IMG/VR virus record: IMGVR_UViG_2706795930_000001
Span: 1 to 64,000 of that record
Direction: 5' to 3' (one strand)
From: a virus
Lineage: Duplodnaviria; Caudoviricetes
DNA length: 64,000 nucleotides
Below, in pieces: positions 30,576 through 40,228 of this stretch; within the stretch, counting starts at the first letter, position 1, and each line of letters opens with the position of its first letter. The notes below the pieces were generated by a model, which saw only the letters and a program-made list of their open reading frames with translations, was not told the DNA's origin and did not search any database. The translations under genes and the position numbers were made by a program.

Positions 30576-30989
30576 ATGGCCGAAATCAGCGTCCTCGACA
30601 TCCGCTCCTGGTCCGACGTCCGGGCCTTCATCCACGTCGCCGCACCCACTGTCGGCGCGACCCTCATGGGCTCGTCTGCGTTCATGGGCGAGCACGGAGC
30701 CGCACTCACCGCAGTCATCGGCCTGCTCGTCGCACTGACCAGCCCCGCCCTCTCGGTCGCCAACACCGCGAGCGGCTTCCGAGCCTGGTTCTACCCGGTC
30801 CTCGGAGCCGGCGGCGCGGCCCTGGGCACCTTCGGCATCGTCACCGACACGCAGTGGGGCCTGTACAGCGCGATCGCAGTGATCCTCCTCGGCGCCGGCA
30901 CCGCGAGCGCGAACACACCCACCACGTCCTCGTGGTCGATCAAGGCTGATCCGGCAGTCGTCGCCGCACGAGCCCCGATCTCCGAATGA
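30576..30989 (+). CDS. Holin
   Basis: Multiple TM segments, FRAWFYPV...ANTPT, directly after the lysins. Confidence 0.8.
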   Translation: MAEISVLDIRSWSDVRAFIHVAAPTVGATLMGSSAFMGEHGAALTAVIGLLVALTSPALSVANTASGFRAWFYPVLGAGGAALGTFGIVTDTQWGLYSAIAVILLGAGTASANTPTTSSWSIKADPAVVAARAPISE

Positions 30990-30998
30990 TCGCGCCAC

Positions 30999-31454
30999 AT
31001 GCTTATCACGAAGTTCCTCAAATGGGTTGACAGCGAGAGTCTTCGGCTGCCGCAGGCAATCATCTACTCCGCCTTCTGGCTGGCCGGGATCTACATGCTG
31101 ACCCTCAACCGGACCCCATCGGTCGTCACCGAATCGATGGGGCCCGGTTGGCACTTTGCCTGGACCGCCATGCTCGCTCTCTGCCCGGTCGTCGTGCTCG
31201 TCGGCTACCGAATGACCGACCAATACACAGGCCTGTCGCTGCAGCTCGGCAACAACGCTGCGATCACCCTCTGCCTCCTGGGCTACGGCGGCGCACTGAT
31301 CGAACAGGGCCAGCTCGGCAAGGGCACGTTCGCGCTGTTCACCACTCTCGCCCTGGTTCTCGTCACAGCCATCATCACCCTTCGCGACTGGCGCCGACTC
31401 CAGTTCATCGAGGCCGTCGCAAAGGAATTGGACGAAACCCCCCATGAGCTCTGA
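30999..31454 (+). CDS. Membrane protein (lysis cassette)
   Basis: About 4 hydrophobic helices. Confidence 0.7.
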   Translation: MLITKFLKWVDSESLRLPQAIIYSAFWLAGIYMLTLNRTPSVVTESMGPGWHFAWTAMLALCPVVVLVGYRMTDQYTGLSLQLGNNAAITLCLLGYGGALIEQGQLGKGTFALFTTLALVLVTAIITLRDWRRLQFIEAVAKELDETPHEL

Positions 31455-31824
31455 ACTCGTCAACCTCTTCATCGGCCTCGGTGTCGGGTCGATCATCGTC
31501 GCCGTGATCAACGGCCTCTTCAACCGCGGCAGCAACAAAGCCGCGGCGGCCAAGCTGGTGACGGACACAGCCAAGGTCGCAAACGACATGGTCCGCGAGA
31601 TCGCCGACGACATCCGCGAGGACAACGAGTTCCTCCGCACCGCGCTCGCTCAGCTCAACACCCGCTTCGAGGAAACCGACCGCCGACTGGGGATCATCAG
31701 CGCCCAACTCGCTCTCGTTGTGCGCGAACTCGAAGCCTCGATCCCACTCCTCGATCAGGCCGGGCACCTCCAGCACGCCGACCACCTCCGCCAAGTCGTT
31801 CACGACGTCCGCGACGAGAACTGA
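31444..31824 (+). CDS. Membrane-anchored coiled-coil protein (lysis cassette)
   Basis: N-terminal TM segment plus coiled coil. Confidence 0.7.
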   Translation: MSSELVNLFIGLGVGSIIVAVINGLFNRGSNKAAAAKLVTDTAKVANDMVREIADDIREDNEFLRTALAQLNTRFEETDRRLGIISAQLALVVRELEASIPLLDQAGHLQHADHLRQVVHDVRDEN

Positions 31825-31838
31825 AGGACCTGTCACCG

Positions 31839-32912
31839 ATGACCACCTACGACGAACTGTATGGCCCGCCCGTCGATGTGCTGCACCCGACGATCAACGT
31901 CTACGCAGTCGACGACGGCGAGGGCCTGCCGATCAGGCACCTCGCGATCATGCTGACACCCGGCGAAGGCCGCATGGAGCTGCCCCGCGGTCGCAAGGGC
32001 GACAAAGGCGACCAGGGCGAACCAGCGCGGCCGTGGACGATCATGGGCGACAAGACCACCGAGGGAATCGCTGCACTGAACCTCGGCCCGACCGACGCCG
32101 GCCTCGCATGGCGCAACTCCGACACGAACGCACTGCACTACTGGTCGGGTGGGGCCTGGGTCGTGCTCAGCGAAGCGTTCGGCACCGAAGGTCCCGTCGG
32201 GCCCGCAGGCTCGCTCCAAGGTGTGAGCATCGTGATGAAGGCCGCCGGCACCGAGCCCGAGGCATACGTGTCCGGGCCATCCGGCAACCAGACCCTGAAT
32301 CTGCGCATCCCGGAGAAGCCGGGCCCGAAGGGCGACACCGGACCGGCGGCCGCCATCTCGGTGGCCAGCGACTACGACAACACGATCCCCGCCGCAACCG
32401 GCGACGTCCTGACTCGACAGACCAACGGCAAGTGGGCCCCTGGCAGTTCGCCGAAGATGCGCTACTACAGCATCCCCGAGGGCTCATTCACCGACACCGG
32501 TGAGATCTGGAGCGGCACCCGCCAGACGCTGACCAGCTTCTCCCTCGACCAGCTGTCCTACGCCTCGTGGCTGGAGATCACAGGCCACCTGCGCGGCGCG
32601 TCGGGCATCCCGGCATCCAGCCTCGCGGTCGAGGTCCGGGTAGGCGACGCAGCCACCGGCGAGCTGATCGCCCGCGGCATCACCACGACCCGCAACGGCG
32701 AGCACATCATCAACGTCCGGCCGCACTACTCGACGAACGCCCAGCCCAATCGCATCGCATCGCCCGGCACGGCCGTGGGTGTCATCCCCGCCAACCACAC
32801 GGGCAACGCGGGCACGATCTACGTCACCGCCATCCGCACCAGCGGACTGGGTTCCATTCGCGTCACTGCCGACGACGCCCAGCTACTGATCAAGCGCTTC
32901 CCGGCGGCCTGA
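31839..32912 (+). CDS. Minor tail protein with short collagen-like repeats
   Basis: GRKGDKGDQGEP, GPVGPAG, GPKGDTGPA. Confidence 0.8.
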   Translation: MTTYDELYGPPVDVLHPTINVYAVDDGEGLPIRHLAIMLTPGEGRMELPRGRKGDKGDQGEPARPWTIMGDKTTEGIAALNLGPTDAGLAWRNSDTNALHYWSGGAWVVLSEAFGTEGPVGPAGSLQGVSIVMKAAGTEPEAYVSGPSGNQTLNLRIPEKPGPKGDTGPAAAISVASDYDNTIPAATGDVLTRQTNGKWAPGSSPKMRYYSIPEGSFTDTGEIWSGTRQTLTSFSLDQLSYASWLEITGHLRGASGIPASSLAVEVRVGDAATGELIARGITTTRNGEHIINVRPHYSTNAQPNRIASPGTAVGVIPANHTGNAGTIYVTAIRTSGLGSIRVTADDAQLLIKRFPAA

Positions 32913-32916
32913 TCCC

Positions 32917-34665
32917 ATGAACGACAACTCCCAGCGGTCCGCTGAAATGCTGCTCCGGCACTTCAGCGGACTCATGGACTCCCAGGCCGCCGACACCCAG
33001 GAGCTGTTCGACTCCTTCCTGCCCATCCAGGACTTCGTCAAGGCGGTCGTCGACACCCTGGGTGGCGACAGTGGGGCCCTCGGCCGGTTCCTGAGCACCT
33101 GGCTCGATTCGATCGACTGGCTGAACGTCGAGAACTGGGCCTTCGAGGTCCCCGGCCTCGACATGCTCCAGCGCGTCGTCAACCAGGTCATGGACATCCT
33201 GAACGGCCTGATCGTCACCCCGATCAACAACGCGGTGGCTGGAATCAAGGACTGGTTCGCCGGCCTGCTGGGGTGGCGCAACAACACCGACACGGCGATC
33301 GCTGCGACCGACGGCAAGGCGGGCGATGCCAAGTCCCTCGCCGAGGCCGCGCAGGCGATCAGCAGCCAGATCGCGTCCAACATCAACGCACTGGGCAAGG
33401 GCTCGGCCGTAGGCGAAGGCCCGGTGGCCGACATCTGGGGCACCATCGCCGACCTCATCTTCCGTGCATCCGACGCACAACAGCGCGCATCTGACGCCCA
33501 GTCAACGCTCCAGGGACTACTCAACCGGGACGAGGCTGAGCAGTCGGGCGGAAACAGCGGCGGCGACGACTTCAACCGCGACAACGCCGCATCCCTTGGG
33601 AGCAACTGGGCGCAAACGATATTCGGCCACGCCAGCGCCAACGTCATCGTCGAGGGCAACGCCGCGGTCGCCGCGCATGGCGGCGGCAACGTCCCCGACA
33701 CCTGGATCTACAACCGATGGGTGGGGTCGGTGCGCCCCGCCACCGACTTCCATCAGGTGACGTTCATCGGCACCGGACGCTTCGGCAACCTGGGAGACCC
33801 GCACAACAGCGTTCTCGGACGGTGGGACGGCGCGTTCGTCGGCAACTCTCCGCGCAACGCGGTCATGCTCACCTACTCGAAGAGCCAGAACCTCACGCTC
33901 ACCAAGTTCATCAACGGCGTGCAGACCGTGATCGCCCAGCGAAAGATCACCATCAACTCCGGCGATCGACTCCAATTGCGCTGCGGCACAATGTCCTCAG
34001 ACAAGCAGTTCCAGGCGCTCGTGAACGGTTCCGCGGTACTGACGGTAACCGACAACACCACGCTGATGGGGGAGGGCTACCGCGAGACCGGGATGGTCCA
34101 CTTCATCTCGAACTCGTTCGGTATCGGCCACCTCCCGGCAGCCATCGCCGATTGGTCTTTCTCGGACATCCCCGGCGCGGGTAGCATCAGTGGCAACGGA
34201 TTTCGGGTCTACCGGACATCCGCCACGGCAGTATCCGTCTCGGCAGCCTCGCAGGTCCCGAGCGGGTTCTTCGACAACGCCGACATCGCTCCCAACCTGA
34301 ACGCCAACCTGTCCGACCGCGGCCGCGGAGTCTTCACCATCCCCAAGTCCGGCTGGTGGGACATCGAGTTCAAAGTCGATGGCCAGAAGACCTCAACAAC
34401 ACAGGGCACCTGGGTCGTGGACATGCGCCTCTACTACGGCGCGAACCTTGAGTTCAACACGCTCATCGGCAAGCCGGCGTACGTCAAGACCGCCGACAAC
34501 AGCTCGACCTACCAGATCCCCGGTGGGCTCGAATCGCGCTGCCGCCGATACTTCCCGGCTGGCTACAAGATCGCCCCCGGCTTCGGCGTCGACTGTGACA
34601 TCACCCAGGTGATCGCCGAAGCCAGCGGGTCGATGGTCAGCTTCTCAGCAGTTCTCCTCTCCTAA
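32917..34665 (+). CDS. Minor tail protein
   Basis: DDFNRDNAASLGSNW lectin-like module; position. Confidence 0.8.
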   Translation: MNDNSQRSAEMLLRHFSGLMDSQAADTQELFDSFLPIQDFVKAVVDTLGGDSGALGRFLSTWLDSIDWLNVENWAFEVPGLDMLQRVVNQVMDILNGLIVTPINNAVAGIKDWFAGLLGWRNNTDTAIAATDGKAGDAKSLAEAAQAISSQIASNINALGKGSAVGEGPVADIWGTIADLIFRASDAQQRASDAQSTLQGLLNRDEAEQSGGNSGGDDFNRDNAASLGSNWAQTIFGHASANVIVEGNAAVAAHGGGNVPDTWIYNRWVGSVRPATDFHQVTFIGTGRFGNLGDPHNSVLGRWDGAFVGNSPRNAVMLTYSKSQNLTLTKFINGVQTVIAQRKITINSGDRLQLRCGTMSSDKQFQALVNGSAVLTVTDNTTLMGEGYRETGMVHFISNSFGIGHLPAAIADWSFSDIPGAGSISGNGFRVYRTSATAVSVSAASQVPSGFFDNADIAPNLNANLSDRGRGVFTIPKSGWWDIEFKVDGQKTSTTQGTWVVDMRLYYGANLEFNTLIGKPAYVKTADNSSTYQIPGGLESRCRRYFPAGYKIAPGFGVDCDITQVIAEASGSMVSFSAVLLS

Positions 34666-34679
34666 CCCGAAGGGTCACA

Positions 34680-34850
34680 GTGGAATCCGTCCAGTTCACT
34701 TTCGACAGCCTCCCTGGTGTCACGTTCACGGCGACTCGGGGTGGCGACAACGGCGACCAGTGGATCGACATCGTCTTCCATTCTGATGCGGACGGCGAGT
34801 TCCTTGGGCAGGTCGGCACCACCGGCCCTGGCCTGCAGCCGAATCAGTAA
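34680..34850 (+). CDS. Hypothetical 56-aa protein
   Basis: GAAGGG RBS, GTG start; fills the gap between tail genes. Confidence 0.55.
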   Translation: MESVQFTFDSLPGVTFTATRGGDNGDQWIDIVFHSDADGEFLGQVGTTGPGLQPNQ

Positions 34851-34862
34851 GGGAGCCAGACC

Positions 34863-35567
34863 ATGGCCGACATCACGTTCATGCACGTCACGGGGCAGTG
34901 GGGTCACGTCATTGACGACACCACGCTCGACCCCGACTCCGACCCCGACGAGGTGCGCCCGACCGGGTCGATTCGATTCACCCCGCAGGTCGACTGGCTC
35001 CCAACCGGGACGCCCACCCGCTCGGTCTCGGCCAGTCCCGTCTCGGCCACGATCGAACAGGGCGAGATCCGGGACCTGCAGGGCCGTAACGGCGTCCGCC
35101 TCGTCGCGACGATCGGCGGACAGCGCCTCCGATGGAAGGCCGAGATCTCCATCAAATACAAGGGCACCGCCCTCATGACGCAGACCGTCACCTTCCGAGC
35201 TCCTGCCGACGGGTCAACCACGCTGCGACTCAACGACGTCGCAGCCGACAACGCCCCAGTTGACGACGGCCGCCAGCCCACCCCGGTCGCCGATCTCAAC
35301 CTCCCCACGATCGGCGACTACGTCTACAGCTACAGGCTCAGCTCCGGCGAGTTCCCCGCCGGCTCGGAGCTGTACTACGCCATCGGTGCCGCCCCCACCC
35401 CGGATGTTCGCTGGGACTTCACGATATCCGGTGGTGAAGCAACCATCCGCGTTCCGGGCGCCGACATCGCGGAGGTTACAAGCGCCGAGTCCTACTGGCT
35501 CATGTTCCGGCAGTCGGCCACCGGGCCGGTCATCGAGCTGCTCACTGGAAAGGTCCGCAAGAAGTGA
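34863..35567 (+). CDS. Minor tail protein
   Basis: DPDSDPDE..TGSIRFTP...GRNGVRLVA plus a C-terminal module. Confidence 0.75.
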   Translation: MADITFMHVTGQWGHVIDDTTLDPDSDPDEVRPTGSIRFTPQVDWLPTGTPTRSVSASPVSATIEQGEIRDLQGRNGVRLVATIGGQRLRWKAEISIKYKGTALMTQTVTFRAPADGSTTLRLNDVAADNAPVDDGRQPTPVADLNLPTIGDYVYSYRLSSGEFPAGSELYYAIGAAPTPDVRWDFTISGGEATIRVPGADIAEVTSAESYWLMFRQSATGPVIELLTGKVRKK

Positions 35568-38500
35568 TCCTCATCGGCGCCGACGGCGCGAATGTCGCAG
35601 TAGCCGACGACACTTCAGGAGTCGTGCGGCCGCCGAGCACACCCCGCACCATCCTGATCCCGGTGCCGGGAACGAAGGGCGACACGGGTGAGCGGGGAGC
35701 GAAGGGCGACAAGGGCGACCGCGGCGACAAAGGCGACCTGGGCCCCAAGGGCGACAAGGGCGACAAGGGCGACCAGGGAATCCAGGGCCCGGCGGGGCCC
35801 GCGGTCTCCGAGGCTGACCAGGTCGCTATCGCACTGCGCCCCGAGGGCGTCTACGCCTGGCACGACCACCTCGCATTCGGCAAGTTCGTGCCCTACCCGA
35901 CCTACGAGCGCCGCACGGGGTCTACCTGGGCAGCGGTAGCCATGAACGATGTGCTGAAGCAGGCGTTCGACTCGCGGGAGCTGACCTCCGCCGAGTATAT
36001 GGCGGCAGACTCGGCATACGACGCAATCAGATTCACCTGGAACAGCTCGAACCTGGCCTATGCCGGAATCAAGTACTTTCTGATCGCACTGGCGCACAGC
36101 GCCGTGGCCCGCACGATCAAATTCTCGGTAGAGGATTCCGTAGACGGCGTCACGTGGGTCGCGAGAGGCACGCTCACCACTAGCGCCAATGCGTCCACGG
36201 TGTTCGTCCCCTGCACTCAGGGCGGGTCCGGACAGACCTGGCTCAGGCTCATCGCGGAACGCATCGCCGGCACCGGCAATGTCAACTTCGCGTCGATCCA
36301 GACCATGACACAGCGCAAGGGCAACCAGGGTGGCGGCAAGGAGAATGAACTCCCGTTCTCCTGGGATGTCAACCGCACCGTTGCATTCGACGGAATCAAG
36401 ATTGCCCGGGCTGATGCCGCCGCGGGTCGGTATCTCCGTGCCACAGGTACGGATGGGTCGGTGGAGTGGAGCGACGCCCCCGTCGTCACCTCGGGCAACC
36501 AGAGCATTGCGGGCGAGAAGACATTCACTGGCCTACTTCGGGCATCGGGCGGCGCCAACCGAAGCCTGATTATCGACGGGGTCAACGGCAACCACTCGAT
36601 CGAGATCGGACGCCAGGACGGCGCCGCCTCCACTCCGTTCATCGATTTCCATTCAGGCGCAACTGCGGTCGACCACGACGCCCGCATTATCGCATCAGAC
36701 GGAAACGGCACACAGGCCGGCGGAAACCTCCAAGTCAACGCCAACCGATTCCGAACGCTGGCGTACTTCGAGCCGCTTCGCCCCACGATCCTGAGCCCCG
36801 ACACCCGGTCGATCACCGGCGAGATGACGACAATCAGTCGCCCCCTCACGGTGTGCAGCCCGTCCACGGCCGACATCACCATCACCCCGCCGAGCACCGC
36901 CGCCGAGGGCCTAGTGTTCACGCTCATCAAGAACCTCGACAACCCGCACAAGGTGACCATCCCCGGGGTGTTCATCGGCTACGGCAGCGAGGTTGTTCTT
37001 CGGGCTCAGGGTGACACGGTCACGTTCATGACCACAGGTGTAGCGGGGACATTCCGCATCCTCAGTCGCACCATCGCCGCCGACGTGGCCGGGTTCGAGG
37101 TCAAGTCCGCGAAGGGCGCAGCCAATGGCTATGCTGCCCTCGACGCCGGCGGTAAGGTGCCGATCGGTCAGCTGCCGTCGTCGATCATGGAGTACAAGGG
37201 CGTCTGGAACGCCTCGACGAACTCGCCCACACTGGCCAACGGGACCGGCGACGCGGGCGATGTCTACCGCGTAACCACCGCGGGTACACGCAACCTCGGC
37301 GCCGGGAATATCGAGTTCACCGTCGGCGACTACGTGGTGTACAACAGCTCCGGCCAGTGGGAGAAGTCCGACACCACCGACTCGGTCGCGAGCGTGGCCG
37401 GGCTCGTCGGCGTCATCACTGTGGCCGGCCTGAAGACCGCCCTCGCGCTCAGCAACGTCGACAACACCCGCGACGTCGACAAGCCAATCAGCACCGCGGT
37501 GCAGGGCGCGCTCGACGCCAAGGTCGACCGCCTCACTGAACCCTGGAAGATCTACTCCACCAGCGACACCGGGCTGCACGGACTGGACTTCGCCGGGAAT
37601 GCCGCGACGCCGTGGACGATCGCGCAGCGCGGCGAAGGTGGGCGTACGAAGGTCGGCGACCCGCTCGTGGCCGATGACGCGGCACCCAAGGGATACGTCG
37701 ACACCGCGGCCGCCTCGAAGCTGGACAGGGCCAGCGCGGGCGTGTTCAGCGTGCGGGACTACGGTGCCGTCGGCGACGGCGCAGCGAACGACCAGCCAGC
37801 GATCATGGCGGCCATCGCCGCGGCCCAGGCCGCCGGCGGAGGTGAGGTGTTCTTCCCCGCAGGTGCATACAAGGTCGCGAGCACGGTCGGCACCGGCTCG
37901 ACGGCGATCACGAACGTGGTTCTGCGCGGAGCCGGGAACTCGGCGTCGAAGATCGTCGCGGGCGGCAACTTCCCGCCCATCTCGGGGTCCTTCTACCGGT
38001 CGACGATCAAGGACCTCACCGTCGACGCCGCCGGTCTCGGCGGCCCGGGGATGAACCTGCACATGGTCGAGTCCCGGGTGTCTGGCGTACTGATCGATCG
38101 CTGGACCACGTACGGGATGGTCCTGAACGACGGCAGCTTCGGCGACGTCGGGCTTCTCAACGTCATCGACAACTGCCACATCGTGCAGGGCACCGGCATC
38201 GGCATCTTCCAGACCTACCGCTGGGTCGACTCGTGGATCTTGAACAACAACATCGGTTCCACCGACGCGAACCTGTCGCTGGAAGGTGGCCCCATCCGCG
38301 TCATCGGGAACCACCTGGACGGCTCCCCGCTGCGGAACATCGACCTTCGCGGAAACAAGCGCATCACGATCACGGACAACATCCTGGAAGGCGCTCGGCG
38401 TGAGGCGATCCGATACGTCATGCCGTCGTGGCTGACCTCGGACTCACCGCAGATTCAGATCACCGCCAACAACTTCTCGAACGGCGGCAAGGAGGCAGCG

Positions 38501-38815
38501 GGCAGCTTCCCGGCCATCGCCTTCACCGGCGTGAGCTCGACGGCGCGGCTGTCCGGGCTGTCGGTGACCGGCAACATCTTCGCCTGCGAGGATGCGGGCT
38601 CAGGATGGTCGCACTGCGTCAAGGCCGAGTACGCCGACGGCATTGCGGTTTCGAGCAACCAGTGGGAGCTGGGGTACACCGTCAGTCCGGTGAGCTACGG
38701 CGACGGACAGCACATCTCACTGGCCGGCAATACGACCGACGCCTCGGTCGTGATCGGAGCCCTGCCCACCGTTGGCCGCCCCGGCGTGCTGTACGTCGTC
38801 CCGGCGGTGGCCTGA
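35564..38815 (+). CDS. Tail fibre/spike with a collagen stretch and a C-terminal pectate-lyase-like beta-helix (putative depolymerase)
   Basis: (GDK)n; FSVRDYGAVGDGAANDQPAIMAAI...VFFPAGAYKV; Asn-ladder repeats. Confidence 0.85.
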   Translation: MILIGADGANVAVADDTSGVVRPPSTPRTILIPVPGTKGDTGERGAKGDKGDRGDKGDLGPKGDKGDKGDQGIQGPAGPAVSEADQVAIALRPEGVYAWHDHLAFGKFVPYPTYERRTGSTWAAVAMNDVLKQAFDSRELTSAEYMAADSAYDAIRFTWNSSNLAYAGIKYFLIALAHSAVARTIKFSVEDSVDGVTWVARGTLTTSANASTVFVPCTQGGSGQTWLRLIAERIAGTGNVNFASIQTMTQRKGNQGGGKENELPFSWDVNRTVAFDGIKIARADAAAGRYLRATGTDGSVEWSDAPVVTSGNQSIAGEKTFTGLLRASGGANRSLIIDGVNGNHSIEIGRQDGAASTPFIDFHSGATAVDHDARIIASDGNGTQAGGNLQVNANRFRTLAYFEPLRPTILSPDTRSITGEMTTISRPLTVCSPSTADITITPPSTAAEGLVFTLIKNLDNPHKVTIPGVFIGYGSEVVLRAQGDTVTFMTTGVAGTFRILSRTIAADVAGFEVKSAKGAANGYAALDAGGKVPIGQLPSSIMEYKGVWNASTNSPTLANGTGDAGDVYRVTTAGTRNLGAGNIEFTVGDYVVYNSSGQWEKSDTTDSVASVAGLVGVITVAGLKTALALSNVDNTRDVDKPISTAVQGALDAKVDRLTEPWKIYSTSDTGLHGLDFAGNAATPWTIAQRGEGGRTKVGDPLVADDAAPKGYVDTAAASKLDRASAGVFSVRDYGAVGDGAANDQPAIMAAIAAAQAAGGGEVFFPAGAYKVASTVGTGSTAITNVVLRGAGNSASKIVAGGNFPPISGSFYRSTIKDLTVDAAGLGGPGMNLHMVESRVSGVLIDRWTTYGMVLNDGSFGDVGLLNVIDNCHIVQGTGIGIFQTYRWVDSWILNNNIGSTDANLSLEGGPIRVIGNHLDGSPLRNIDLRGNKRITITDNILEGARREAIRYVMPSWLTSDSPQIQITANNFSNGGKEAAGSFPAIAFTGVSSTARLSGLSVTGNIFACEDAGSGWSHCVKAEYADGIAVSSNQWELGYTVSPVSYGDGQHISLAGNTTDASVVIGALPTVGRPGVLYVVPAVA

Positions 38816-39519
38816 TGCCTCTGAACCTCATGGTCGGCGGGCAGATGACCGAGCACGTCCCCAAGATCGTGAACCCCAACACCGGCCAGCTCGTCGACCC
38901 AGAGCAGCTCGCGATCTGGGACGGCACGAAGTTTGTGCGTGTGTGGCCGCCGGCGCAGCAGGGGGTCGCATACACCGACCCCCTCGATTCGCTCGCGGCG
39001 TTCACGCAGACCAGCACTGGATCTGGCGTCGTCATCAGCAACGGCGAGGCGGCCTGGACCGGAAGCAACAACGGCGAGGCCACCGTTCTCTACAACCAGG
39101 CGGCGCAGACCGACGACCAGTATGTGCGCGGCACGGTCGGCAGCAATACCCGGAACGACCGAGCCTCCGGCCTGATCATGCACTGTGGGGCCACGCTCGA
39201 CTCCTGGTACGGCGTACTCGTCGAGAGTGATCGGCTCACCCTGGTCAGCGGGTACGGCCGGTGGCTACAGGACACCTTGCCGACCTACGGCCAGTACACC
39301 GGCTCCGTATCCACCGGCGACGTCATCGAGCTCTGGAACAAGGGCACTACGTTCTACGTGACCCAGAACGGCACCACTCGACTGAGCGTGCCCATTCCGG
39401 GAATCGCATTCTCCGCCGACCGCCGGCGCCAGGGCTTCGGCATGTACCGGACCGCCTTTTTCAGTTCGGGCCGGTGGGCGGACTGGGCCGGCGGAGACGC
39501 GAAGGCCTTCGGCAAGTAG
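38815..39519 (+). CDS. Minor tail protein (lectin-like)
   Basis: WDGTKFVRVWP, TDDQYV; coupled to the spike gene. Confidence 0.75.
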   Translation: MPLNLMVGGQMTEHVPKIVNPNTGQLVDPEQLAIWDGTKFVRVWPPAQQGVAYTDPLDSLAAFTQTSTGSGVVISNGEAAWTGSNNGEATVLYNQAAQTDDQYVRGTVGSNTRNDRASGLIMHCGATLDSWYGVLVESDRLTLVSGYGRWLQDTLPTYGQYTGSVSTGDVIELWNKGTTFYVTQNGTTRLSVPIPGIAFSADRRRQGFGMYRTAFFSSGRWADWAGGDAKAFGK

Positions 39520-39532
39520 GTCCCGCGGGCAG

Positions 39533-39895
39533 CTACCCGGCCGCCGCCTCATACTGCTCGATGATGGCATCGGGGACTCGACCCTTCGGGTTGACCTCGA
39601 TGTCATTGTTCTTTGCCCACTCGCGGACATCCTTCATGGTGTACGAGCCATTGCTGACCGCCCCGCCGCCTCCGTTTGTCGGGGCGCCTGTGGCGGGCTG
39701 TCGCTTCCGTCCGCCGACACGGGTTGCGGTCTCGGTCATCTTCTTGAACTGCTTCTCTAGCTTTGCGAAATTACTCGGGCTGACCTGGAGTTCGTAGTCG
39801 ATCCCGAGCCATGAAACCGGCACGCGCACCATGGTTTCCTCGTCGAGCAGCTTGCCGTCCATGTCGTCGTAGTATTCGATTCGGTCGCGACGCAC
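39533..39895 (-). CDS. lsr2: Lsr2-like nucleoid-associated protein
   Basis: DDMDG...IDYEL..S..N N-domain; VREWAKNNDIEVNPKGRVP C-domain (KGR in place of the RGR AT-hook); AAAGGA RBS. Confidence 0.92.
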   Translation of the reverse strand: MRRDRIEYYDDMDGKLLDEETMVRVPVSWLGIDYELQVSPSNFAKLEKQFKKMTETATRVGGRKRQPATGAPTNGGGGAVSNGSYTMKDVREWAKNNDIEVNPKGRVPDAIIEQYEAAAG

Positions 39896-39922
39896 GTCTA
39901 TATCCTTTCGGTAAGTTTCATT

Positions 39923-39988
39923 AGCCACCCTACAAATCGGCCCCGGACGGATCTCACTGGGTGATCCGGCCGGGGCACTATGGTGGCT
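39923..39988 (-). promoter_or_regulatory. Long hairpin in the lsr2 leader overlapping uORF4
   Basis: On the minus strand AGCCACC/GGTGGCT, GCCCCGG/CCGGGGC and CGGATC/GATCCG form nested stems. Confidence 0.65.
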
Positions 39989-39998
39989 CTTCCTGCAC
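39978..39998 (-). CDS. uORF4, MQEEPP*
   Basis: GAGGA-6nt-GTG; ends CCA CCA TAG. Confidence 0.5.
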   Translation of the reverse strand: MQEEPP

Positions 39999-40007
39999 TT
40001 GCGGTCC

Positions 40008-40061
40008 TCACGTTGCACGGCGATTGTCGAGTGCTCGTGATGGTGGGTCTCGGGCGTTCAT
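40008..40061 (-). CDS. uORF3, MNARDPPSRALDNRRAT*
   Basis: GAGAGGAG RBS, ATG start; CCA CCA. Confidence 0.6.
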   Translation of the reverse strand: MNARDPPSRALDNRRAT

Positions 40062-40070
40062 ATTCTCCTC

Positions 40071-40118
40071 TCACTGTCGGGCCGGCGATTCGTTTCCTGG
40101 TGGGTCTCGTGCGTTCAA
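40071..40118 (-). CDS. uORF2, MNARDPPGNESPARQ*
   Basis: AAGGAG-5nt-TTG; CCA CCA. Confidence 0.6.
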   Translation of the reverse strand: MNARDPPGNESPARQ

Positions 40119-40136
40119 TCCGTCTCCTTCCTCTCG

Positions 40137-40184
40137 TCATCTCTGTCGGGGCGGGTGGGCTGGTGGGCCTCTCGGGTTGAACAT
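40137..40184 (-). CDS. uORF1, MFNPRGPPAHPPRQR* (alternative in-frame ATG at 40193)
   Basis: GAGG before ATG; CCA CCA. Confidence 0.55.
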   Translation of the reverse strand: MFNPRGPPAHPPRQR

Positions 40185-40228
40185 GAACCTCATCTCTAAG
40201 TGACTGTGTTGCGTAACTTGTGAGACAG

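Noticed and set aside
35670-35800. (GGCGACAAG)n DNA repeat
   Set aside because: Simply encodes the collagen-like G-D-K repeat of the tail fibre.
40019-40181. Three TGGTGGGTCTCG-like repeats at 57-63-bp spacing as a CRISPR mini-array
   Set aside because: The repeats are degenerate, the 'spacers' share sequence (CTGTCGGG, CTCCTC), there are no cas genes, and RBS-start-PP micro-ORFs explain the pattern better.
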